DNA of 64,000 nucleotides, taken from the NCBI GenBank assembly GCA_018263395.1, contig JAANXF010000017.1:16001-80000 (forward strand). Direction: 5' to 3'. Position numbers and translations under genes: made by a program. The notes below the pieces were generated by a model. The model was not told the origin of the DNA. It saw nothing but the letters and a program-made list of their open reading frames with translations, and did no database searches. The DNA comes from Methanonatronarchaeales archaeon. Lineage in GTDB: Archaea; Halobacteriota; Methanonatronarchaeia; JAANXF01. Within the stretch, counting starts at the first letter, position 1, and each line of letters starts with the position of its first letter. This document shows, piece after piece, positions 56,583 through 64,000 of this stretch.

Positions 56583-58874
56583 ATGCTGAGCGACCTTTTC
56601 AGCCGGATAGGGACTATCGCGTCCAGGCACCCCGCCGCCATGCTCGCACTCGCCCTGCTCCTATCCTTCGCCGCGGTACAGGGCGCCGGCATGATAGGGT
56701 TCGCCTCCGGCTCTGACACCTTCATCCAGAAGGACACCCAGATATTCCAGACCTACGACACCTACAAGGAGAACTTCCTCTCCGAGAACATCGTCCTCCT
56801 CGTCGAGACCGACGACGTAACTGCCCCCAAAGAAATCCGGGCAATAAAACGCTTCGACAAAACCACCTCCCAAATCGAGGGCGTCGAAAACGTCTTCAGC
56901 GTCGCCGACGTCGCCGCACCCGGCGAAACCGTCCCCAACCACCCAGAAATCGTTCGGCGCCTCGACGCCGCCCCGCCCGGAAACCTCGAGCGCGTCATGC
57001 CGGACACCAAGCGCTCTTTCGTCCTCGTGGAGCTCGAGCAGGGCCTCTCCGAAGAACAGACCCGGCAGACCTATCCCCGGGTCCAGGACTCCGCCCGCTT
57101 CGCCGAGTTCCCCGCCGGCACCTCCACCCTCCTCACCGGCTCACCGGTCTTCGGCCTGCAGATGCAGGGGGCCATGCAGCGCGACCTCGGCGCCATGTTC
57201 GGGGCCGCCGCCCTCCTCATGGTCCTCGCCCTCACCCTGTTCTTCGCAAACGTCGAGTTCCGGCTGCTGCCGCTGCTCATCGTGCTCGTCGGCGTCTTCT
57301 GGACCTTCGGTGGCATGGGGTTCCTCGCCGTCCCCATGACCATGGTTTCGATGGCGATATTCCCGATCCTCGTCGGCATAGGTATCGACTACGCCGTCCA
57401 GTTCCACAGCCGGGTCCAGGAGGAGATGGAGGACGGCTCAGCCTCCGACGCCATACCCACCGCCTACCGCACCACCGGACCCGCCGTCCTCGTCGCCCTC
57501 GTCGCCACCGGACTCGGATTCGTCGCCATGATGACCTCCCCCATACCGATGATAGGGGACTTCGGCATGATGTCCCTCATCGGGGTCGTCGCCGCCTTCC
57601 TCGCCGTAATAATCCTACTCGTCCCGACCTACCTCCTGCTGGGGCGGTACGCCCCCGACCTCTCCGGACGCATCCCCTCGGCCGGAACCGGGTTCAACCC
57701 GCTGGAGAGGATGGACCTGGAGACCCACCTCGGCAACGCCGCCCTCACCGCGGCGAAGCACCCGGTTCTGATACTGCTCGCCTCCACGGTACTCATGGCG
57801 GGCGGATACGCCGTCTCGGACCAGGTCGACGTCGAGATACAGGAGGAGGCCCTCATTCCCCAGGACATGCCGGCCCTCCTCAACATACAGAAGTTCCAGG
57901 ACCTCGGAGGAGGAGGCCGCCCCATCGCCGTCGTCGTCAAGGGGGACGTACTCGCCCCGGAGACTCTGGAGTGGATGCGGGATTTTGAGAAGCGACAGGT
58001 AGAGAAGAACCCCTACTTCGTCGGTCACAGCTCCATCGCCGACTCCGTCGCAGCCGCCAACGGCGGAGAGATACCGGACAGTCGCTCCGAGGTCGAACGG
58101 ATCGTGGAGAACCTGCCGGACGTGCCGGTGGAGAGCCAGCTCGAGGGGAACTCCCAGGCCGTCGTCCGCCTCGACCTACCCGGGTTCATAGGATTCGAGA
58201 AGTTCATGGACACCATAAACGCGCTCGACCGGGACCTCCGGTTCAATCGGCCGCCGCCCGGCGTATCAACCGCCGTCACCGGCGACATGGTGCTTATGAC
58301 CACGGCGTTCGACGCCATCGCCACCGGCCGAACCTTCATGAGCGTCCTCGCCCTCGGACTCATATTCGTAGCCCTGACCGCGATATACCGCGACCCCGTC
58401 AAGGCCCTCGTCCCCCTGATACCACTCGCGTTCGTCATCGGGTGGAACGGCGCCGCCATGTTTCTGACGGGGACGGACTACACCCCGCTCACCGCCACAC
58501 TTGGGGCACTCACAATCGGCGTCGGCTCCGAGTACACGATCCTCATGATGGAGCGCTACTTCGAGGAGCGGGAAGACCTGCCGCCCCTCGAAGCAATGGA
58601 GACCGCCGCCTCAAAGATCGGCCGCGCCATAACCGTCTCGGGCCTCACAACGGTCTTCGGATTCAGCGCACTAATGGCCAGCGACTTCCCCATGGTCCAG
58701 AACTTCGGCAAAGTCACGGTCATCACCGTCCTCCTCGCCCTCCTCGCCGCCTTCGTCGTGCTGCCGCCGGTCGTAGTGGGTCTCGACCGCTGGAGGGGAC
58801 GCGGCATCAGGGTCAGCCTGAGGGAGGCGGTGTCATTCTCCCTTTCCTTCCTACTGTCCGGATGGAAACGGTGA
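56583..58874 (+). CDS. MMPL/RND-superfamily exporter (COG1033-like)
   Basis: The 763-aa ORF has two blocks of about 6 TM helices, each preceded by a large extracytoplasmic loop. This is the typical MMPL architecture and pairing with a COG1361-like protein. Confidence 0.8.
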   Translation: MLSDLFSRIGTIASRHPAAMLALALLLSFAAVQGAGMIGFASGSDTFIQKDTQIFQTYDTYKENFLSENIVLLVETDDVTAPKEIRAIKRFDKTTSQIEGVENVFSVADVAAPGETVPNHPEIVRRLDAAPPGNLERVMPDTKRSFVLVELEQGLSEEQTRQTYPRVQDSARFAEFPAGTSTLLTGSPVFGLQMQGAMQRDLGAMFGAAALLMVLALTLFFANVEFRLLPLLIVLVGVFWTFGGMGFLAVPMTMVSMAIFPILVGIGIDYAVQFHSRVQEEMEDGSASDAIPTAYRTTGPAVLVALVATGLGFVAMMTSPIPMIGDFGMMSLIGVVAAFLAVIILLVPTYLLLGRYAPDLSGRIPSAGTGFNPLERMDLETHLGNAALTAAKHPVLILLASTVLMAGGYAVSDQVDVEIQEEALIPQDMPALLNIQKFQDLGGGGRPIAVVVKGDVLAPETLEWMRDFEKRQVEKNPYFVGHSSIADSVAAANGGEIPDSRSEVERIVENLPDVPVESQLEGNSQAVVRLDLPGFIGFEKFMDTINALDRDLRFNRPPPGVSTAVTGDMVLMTTAFDAIATGRTFMSVLALGLIFVALTAIYRDPVKALVPLIPLAFVIGWNGAAMFLTGTDYTPLTATLGALTIGVGSEYTILMMERYFEEREDLPPLEAMETAASKIGRAITVSGLTTVFGFSALMASDFPMVQNFGKVTVITVLLALLAAFVVLPPVVVGLDRWRGRGIRVSLREAVSFSLSFLLSGWKR

Positions 58875-58896
58875 GAAGAGAGTACAAATCTTTCAT

Positions 58897-61095
58897 TCAG
58901 GTACTTTGGGACCGCTGAATTAATAGACGTTGGATGTATCTCGTGACTTTTGTATGGGATAGGGAGAACTCGTCGAATTCTGAGTATTCGGATTTGGCGG
59001 CTTCAAACTTCTCTGCCGAGTAAAATTTTCCTTCTCTGAGCTTTTCCAAATAGTCCGAACCAAGGGGAGCAAGGAATTCATTAATAAACCAATTTTTTTC
59101 GACCGCTACGATAACGTTGTCTCTCACACTGTTTAAGTAATAGTCATCGATTAGGAAGCAGACTAGGGGGAGTTGTATACGGAGGTCCTGAATGATTGCA
59201 TCAACTTCCTGCTCATGGATTTGTTCATGCTCCAATTGGTTGATGATGGGCTTTATGGAATTCTTAAATGGTTCCCTTGCTTTAACAAAGAGTCTCGGTC
59301 TGTCCTTGGACCTAAGCACTGACCACAGGACGAACTTCCACAATGCCATCCATCGGTTAAAGGATCTTTCGAGGGCGAGTTCCGGACTCTCCTCGGAAGT
59401 CGCAGCCTTTTCAAGTTCTCTAGTAATTTTTTTGATGGCGTTCTCCCGAATCTCTTCCCACTCTGGAGTCTCTAGTGGCTTTGGGGTTTCCTCCTCACTA
59501 TCCTCTCCAGGTCCCCGGACGGGAGAGGAAGGGGGGGCGTCGGAATCTGAATCTTGGTAATCGAGTTTGGTAAAATCGAAATTGCTCAGGAAATGAGAGA
59601 GAGCCAAGCGGTCTTTCGGCCGTTCACCGTACATCTCCAAAACTTCGATGATGCCGTCACGCCACTCTGTTCGCTCCCCCTCTCTGATGGTCCTTCGAGG
59701 CGGCAACCCTGATATTCTATCCTTCGAGAGCCAACGCCAACGCGTTTTGATCGCCTCCTTTCCCGGAGTTACAAACTCGAGACGTACCTGCGTCGGTTCC
59801 GAACAGAATTCGACGCCTCCCTCGTCTAGTTCGGAGACAAACTCGTCATCTTCCTGGCGGGCGAGGTACTTCGAATCCTCATCCTTTTTCTTAGGGTGGG
59901 TTAACTGAACGTTTACTTGCGTATCTGGTCCCGGAGGTCCCTTATCCTTTAATTTAACCCTAATCTGTTTCTCTTTTAAAAGAGCCTCTTGTATATTAAT
60001 CTCTCCTCGAATTTCCGCATCTGGAAATTTTGGGTAGGAATATGCGATGCTCTTGAGGTCGATTTTTTCTATGGTGAACGAGTCAGAGGAAATGAGGTGG
60101 TCGAATCCGTCTCTGCCTAGGGCCTTCCTGAGAATGGCGGTCTCAATATTTCCTTCTCCTCCAGCGGTTAGGAGTGCAGCTCTTGTTAGGTTAGGGCTGC
60201 CGTACAAGCAGTAGGAATGCTGATGTCCTTTTAGGATAAGCGCCTTTCCGTGGATGAATCGAGTGGGCTCTTCGCTGAAATTGATTTCTCGAAGCCCTAC
60301 TTTGCATCCAGTCTCCTCAAGTTCGGGAATAGCTTCATGAGGAAAACCTCGGACCTTCTCGGGCTGGATATATAGCTGAAAAGAGGAGCACCCAGCTTCG
60401 GCCAACATTTTAAGAGGCTCTCCCTTCTCGTCCCAGAATGGGGAGATGATGTGGGCTTCCTCAATCTCCTCCTCAATTATATCTAGGATGTTGGGGAGTA
60501 TGGGGGATTGGAGGTTGTGGAGGAAACGGAGTGCGTCGGTGCCTGCTTGCCCTTCAACCGCTTCCAAGACCTCCTCGTGAGCTTTCCGCAGAACTTCCTG
60601 ATGGCGTTGAGAAGAAACCAATTCAGTTTTAATAATCTCATCTATAAAAGATGCTACGCCACGAATGGCGCTGATCTCCTCAGGAGTTGATTCGTGATGA
60701 CCAAATTCAAAAGAGTCCGCTATCTCTCCATTTTTGTCCCATCCTCTGTTTGTCAGATTGAAACTGCCGAAAAGCACTTTCACGTATCCGGGCCCCGAAA
60801 GGAGACAGACCTTCGGATGAAAAGTTCCACTGGTTGGGACGTAATCTAGATAGTATCGATGGCCAAGATGGTTCGTATCTGTAGATCTTTGGTATTCTGA
60901 TATATCGGTGAGAACTAGGGTTTCGCGCACCCCCAAAGAGGAGAGGGTTTTGAGAGCTACATTTTCGAAAAACGCTGGGTCGAAATTGAAGGTAAGGAAG
61001 ATGGCGTAGTCCGCTTCGTCGATTCCTCTAAGGTTTTTGCGGAGATTCTGTTCCGGCTTTCCTCGCTCGCCCAACTTGTTAGCCGCCGTTGACAA
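58897..61095 (-). CDS. Two-HKD phospholipase-D-family (nuclease-like) protein with long unassigned C-terminal region
   Basis: There are two HKD-type motifs: TFHPKVCLLSGPGYVKVLFGSFNLTNRGW and FIHGKALILKGHQHSYCLYGSPNLTRAAL. About 400 further residues include an acidic Ser/Pro/Glu linker and a helical tail. It sits on lower-GC DNA, and its TTG start overlaps the upstream gene by 17 nt. Confidence 0.7.
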   Translation of the reverse strand: MSTAANKLGERGKPEQNLRKNLRGIDEADYAIFLTFNFDPAFFENVALKTLSSLGVRETLVLTDISEYQRSTDTNHLGHRYYLDYVPTSGTFHPKVCLLSGPGYVKVLFGSFNLTNRGWDKNGEIADSFEFGHHESTPEEISAIRGVASFIDEIIKTELVSSQRHQEVLRKAHEEVLEAVEGQAGTDALRFLHNLQSPILPNILDIIEEEIEEAHIISPFWDEKGEPLKMLAEAGCSSFQLYIQPEKVRGFPHEAIPELEETGCKVGLREINFSEEPTRFIHGKALILKGHQHSYCLYGSPNLTRAALLTAGGEGNIETAILRKALGRDGFDHLISSDSFTIEKIDLKSIAYSYPKFPDAEIRGEINIQEALLKEKQIRVKLKDKGPPGPDTQVNVQLTHPKKKDEDSKYLARQEDDEFVSELDEGGVEFCSEPTQVRLEFVTPGKEAIKTRWRWLSKDRISGLPPRRTIREGERTEWRDGIIEVLEMYGERPKDRLALSHFLSNFDFTKLDYQDSDSDAPPSSPVRGPGEDSEEETPKPLETPEWEEIRENAIKKITRELEKAATSEESPELALERSFNRWMALWKFVLWSVLRSKDRPRLFVKAREPFKNSIKPIINQLEHEQIHEQEVDAIIQDLRIQLPLVCFLIDDYYLNSVRDNVIVAVEKNWFINEFLAPLGSDYLEKLREGKFYSAEKFEAAKSEYSEFDEFSLSHTKVTRYIQRLLIQRSQST

Positions 61096-62746
61096 ATTTA
61101 TCTAGAATCTTCAGCCCGTCTTGGGTGGGGGATATACTTGTGTCACCTAAGGTGGCTAGGCCTAGATCTCGGAGGGTTGATTTGGAACTGTTGAGTCTTG
61201 TCGTGCGGTGCCCCGCGTCGTGATCACGCTTCATGACATATCCGTCCTCCCCTCTACTGAAGTAGGTGGGGATATTTGGTTTGCTTAATGCAATGTTTCT
61301 GGCCTCGCGGATTACGTATTCATTGAAGAAATCACGTGCAAACTCCTCGACAGTAAGGCGCTGATTCAATACCTCTTGGTGGAGGTAGTCAACAAAGCGA
61401 ACGATGCTCAAATCGTTATTGGCGTGGTTTTGTATCCAGGCCCATGAGGATGAACGTGTTTCTTTGAGGCGAAAGTTCCTCATGTACAGGGTGAGGAGTA
61501 GGACAATCCAGACTGAGCCGATTTTCTCTTGGTTACGATTATTGGCCATAGCCGCTTCGAGTTCCTCCACCAGCTTCACTTCATTTAAGTGATGATCCAG
61601 CCCAACTCGCCGATCAAATTCTCGACTGGGCTCTCTGTAGGGCTCTCCCCACGACGTTTCTGTTATACTTTGCGACGTTGACTCTACGAGATAGCTAAGG
61701 TTGGTGGTTTCTGGTGAATCGATATCTTCCGTGATTGATTCGATTAATGAGAGAGAGTCTCTGGTGATATCGCTTACGAAATCGTCAGGATTATTTGTTC
61801 CTCCACCCTCAATTTCTGAAAGAAACGACGATAGAAGGCATTCTAGACAATAAGTAAAGAAATCGTTGGCCGTAAAGATGCTCCATCTTTCAACAATTTC
61901 GTTTAGCTCCTCAGGTATGGCTATGCTTTGGTACGTATCCCCGGTCGGTATCGCCCTCAGATAAGAGGCGCTACGAAAAGTGGATGTATCCAAGGGCGTT
62001 CCGAGTTGGCCTACCCTTTCGGCAAGAAAGAGGATATACAGCAGGGACTGTTTGCGGAAGATGTGCCGCTTGTCGCTAGAACTGGACCTATCCCTCAGGA
62101 AAATTTCCCTCAGCGCTTCTCGTTCCGGCGCATCCTCGTCACCCAACCGGCAGAGGCAAACAGATTTTCCGGCTTCTAAGAGTCCTCGTTTAGTTGCTGT
62201 GCTCTTTTTAGATATGGCTTTAAGCCCGGCTTTAGTTGCAACTTTGTCGAAGAGCGAAGCAATCTCTTTACCCCGGTCGGTAGGCTTGTCGTATTTGTCG
62301 CCTTCAGTAATACGGAGCAACCCGATGGTATGGGTGGGACCCCGGTAATCTTGGGTGTAGCCTCCTCCTAGACTCGATAGAAATCTGAAATCGAGGTCTA
62401 CCGTGTCTTCCCCTTCCTCCCAGGTCCTGCTTCCCTTAATCTCTCCCTCCATCGCCCGATGGTCTTCTGAGCCATTCTCAGCGCGGTGGGCAATACACGA
62501 AAGGAGGTAGGCCCTCTCCAGCTCATAGATTCCATCACGCAAATCGTTCCAATCTTCGATGTCATCCTCTTTGTCGAGCTCGTGGGCACACCACGTGTAG
62601 AACGAGTAATATCGAGCTCTTTGTGAAGTAGTGGTAATTCCGTGAAGAAGGTCAGCTACTAACCTATCCGAGGCTCTGTTTGCCCCCAAGGGTTCTCTTG
62701 CTCCCTGCTCTTCTGTCTGAGCCGTCCAGAAAGGCCTACTTCCCAT
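61079..62746 (-). CDS. Hypothetical 555-aa protein, operon partner of the PLD-family protein
   Basis: It is a long ATG-initiated ORF on lower-GC DNA with non-repetitive, protein-like composition (e.g. GITTTSQRARYYSFYTWC, ELERAYLLSCIAHRA). I recognise no family or catalytic motif. Confidence 0.6.
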   Translation of the reverse strand: MGSRPFWTAQTEEQGAREPLGANRASDRLVADLLHGITTTSQRARYYSFYTWCAHELDKEDDIEDWNDLRDGIYELERAYLLSCIAHRAENGSEDHRAMEGEIKGSRTWEEGEDTVDLDFRFLSSLGGGYTQDYRGPTHTIGLLRITEGDKYDKPTDRGKEIASLFDKVATKAGLKAISKKSTATKRGLLEAGKSVCLCRLGDEDAPEREALREIFLRDRSSSSDKRHIFRKQSLLYILFLAERVGQLGTPLDTSTFRSASYLRAIPTGDTYQSIAIPEELNEIVERWSIFTANDFFTYCLECLLSSFLSEIEGGGTNNPDDFVSDITRDSLSLIESITEDIDSPETTNLSYLVESTSQSITETSWGEPYREPSREFDRRVGLDHHLNEVKLVEELEAAMANNRNQEKIGSVWIVLLLTLYMRNFRLKETRSSSWAWIQNHANNDLSIVRFVDYLHQEVLNQRLTVEEFARDFFNEYVIREARNIALSKPNIPTYFSRGEDGYVMKRDHDAGHRTTRLNSSKSTLRDLGLATLGDTSISPTQDGLKILDKFVNGG

Positions 62747-62810
62747 TGCTGCACTCTCTCAGACTGTAGTATCACGTTGTTTGGAAAAGTGCTGCGGTGG
62801 CATTAGGATT

Positions 62811-63974
62811 CTACCCCCGCTCCCCCTTCGCCACGTCCCTCAGCAGCAGCGCACCGACTGCGACACCGGCCAGCACCGCGAGGAAAACCGCCACGATGCC
62901 GCTCGCGGTGTAGAGCCCTGCCAGCACCAGCGGTGCGAAGCCGTATCCCAGGAAGCGGAAGGAGTTGTAGATGGAGGCCGCGGTGCCCCGGGCCTCCGGC
63001 ACAAGCTCCACGGACAGAGTGTTGTATGACGTGAAGACCGTGTGGGCGCCGAACCCCAGCAGCATCAGGCCCGCCACGAAGCTGTACACCTGCACCCTGG
63101 CCGCCACCAGGAGCAACACGAGGCCGCCCAGCGCCATGACTCCGAACCCGAGCAGCGCCGTCCTACGGCGACCGAGTCCGTCCGCCAGGTACCCCGCCAT
63201 CGCTCCGGCCGGAATCCCCATGCCGAGCCCGAGGGACACGATTGTTCCGATTCTGCCCTCGCCCAGTCCCAGCGGCGGCCCGGCCAGGAAGTCGGAGGAG
63301 TAGGACGCGGCCCCGATGAGGCCGAAGAACACCGCCGCGGAGGAGAGCGACATCATGACCACGGACCGGTTCCGCAGCACCGTCCCCAGCCGTGTCGCCG
63401 TCTCCCGAAGAGCGTAGGACTCCCCCCGGTTCCGGATGATGGCGACGTACATGAGGCCCACCACGGCCGACACGGCCGCGAGTAGCACGAAGAAGACGCG
63501 CCAGCCGTACAGCTCCTGCGTCCACCCCCCAGTGAACGGTCCCAGCACGTTCCCCACCGCGATGAACATCGAGAACAGCCCCATGACGCGTCCCCTGAGC
63601 TCCGGTCCGAACTGGTGCCCGATGGCGCCCATCAGCACAGGCGCGATGAAGGCGGAGCCACTGCCCTGCACCGCCCGCGCCCCCAGCATGAACGAGAAAT
63701 CCGGAGACGCCGCCACGCCCAGGGCCCCGCCGCCGTACAGCAGAAACCCGAACGCCAGCACCCGTCGCTCCCCCAGCGTCTCCGCCACCGCCCCCGACAC
63801 GAGGAGCAGCAGGGCAAACGGCACCATGTACGCCGTGATGAGGCTGTTCGCCTGCGCCACCGTCACCCCGAGCTCCGCCTGGAACGTCGGTATCAGGGGA
63901 AATATGGCGTCCCCGCCGAACGGGCCCAGGAAGGCACCGACCGGCAGGAGCCACCGCAGTCTGCTCCTCTCCAC
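62811..63974 (-). CDS. Major facilitator superfamily transporter
   Basis: The 387-aa ORF has about 12 predicted TM segments and the MFS loop motif-like LADGLGRRRT. Confidence 0.8.
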   Translation of the reverse strand: MERSRLRWLLPVGAFLGPFGGDAIFPLIPTFQAELGVTVAQANSLITAYMVPFALLLLVSGAVAETLGERRVLAFGFLLYGGGALGVAASPDFSFMLGARAVQGSGSAFIAPVLMGAIGHQFGPELRGRVMGLFSMFIAVGNVLGPFTGGWTQELYGWRVFFVLLAAVSAVVGLMYVAIIRNRGESYALRETATRLGTVLRNRSVVMMSLSSAAVFFGLIGAASYSSDFLAGPPLGLGEGRIGTIVSLGLGMGIPAGAMAGYLADGLGRRRTALLGFGVMALGGLVLLLVAARVQVYSFVAGLMLLGFGAHTVFTSYNTLSVELVPEARGTAASIYNSFRFLGYGFAPLVLAGLYTASGIVAVFLAVLAGVAVGALLLRDVAKGERG

Positions 63975-64000
63975 TCCCCAAACATCGGTCCGGCGTTAAA

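Noticed and set aside
1-64000. A search by eye for CRISPR arrays, rRNA genes, IS elements, transposases or integrases.
   Set aside because: I found no regularly spaced repeat-spacer structure, no rRNA-like sequence, and no DDE, tyrosine or serine recombinase motif in any frame I read. The only tandem repeats are very short: 10-12 bp x2, 5 bp x2 and three 33-nt imperfect coding repeats.

Overview
This is a high-GC archaeal chromosome segment. The gene set is euryarchaeal in style: MfnA, Dph2, Csl4, Rpo11/RpoL, TFB, Topo VI A/B, archease-RtcB, ACR3, a PGF-CTERM-like surface protein, FprA, and also DNA gyrase. I cannot name the organism from sequence alone. Most of the window is densely packed housekeeping: moaABC, guaB, valS, serA, ppsA, the ilvBN-ilvC-leuA/cimA block, gyrBA, top6BA, mdh, rtcB and cobT. 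One tRNA-Gln(CUG) is present.

By eye, four patches have clearly lower GC than the backbone.
1. About 3.27-4.12 kb: a complete AT-rich thymidylate kinase gene sits inside the two remnants of the resident high-GC tmk.
2. About 8.0-8.15 kb: an extremely AT-rich divergent intergenic region.
3. About 32.4-38.4 kb: a compact five-gene cassette. It encodes an RHH/winged-helix protein, a GHKL (MORC-like) ATPase and a small unknown protein. These are convergent with a C5 DNA methyltransferase and a Mig/MutY-like mismatch glycosylase. Decaying HEPN/MNT, RelE-like, DUF2283 and PIN toxin-antitoxin modules flank it on both sides. Together they form an accessory island of about 11 kb between gyrBA and top6BA.
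4. About 58.9-62.75 kb: a two-gene operon of an unrecognisable 555-aa protein plus a two-HKD PLD-family nuclease-like 732-aa protein.

Patches 3 and 4 are my best candidates for undescribed defence-type systems. Patch 1 looks like an in-situ gene displacement caught in progress.

gyrB carries a 561-aa LAGLIDADG intein with an embedded HTH. Several accessory genes and arsR carry frameshifts, some at homopolymers and one from a 5-bp tandem duplication. I saw no CRISPR array, rRNA, transposase or integrase. Many long ORFs in the supplied track are antisense shadows typical of high-GC DNA and are not reported as genes.
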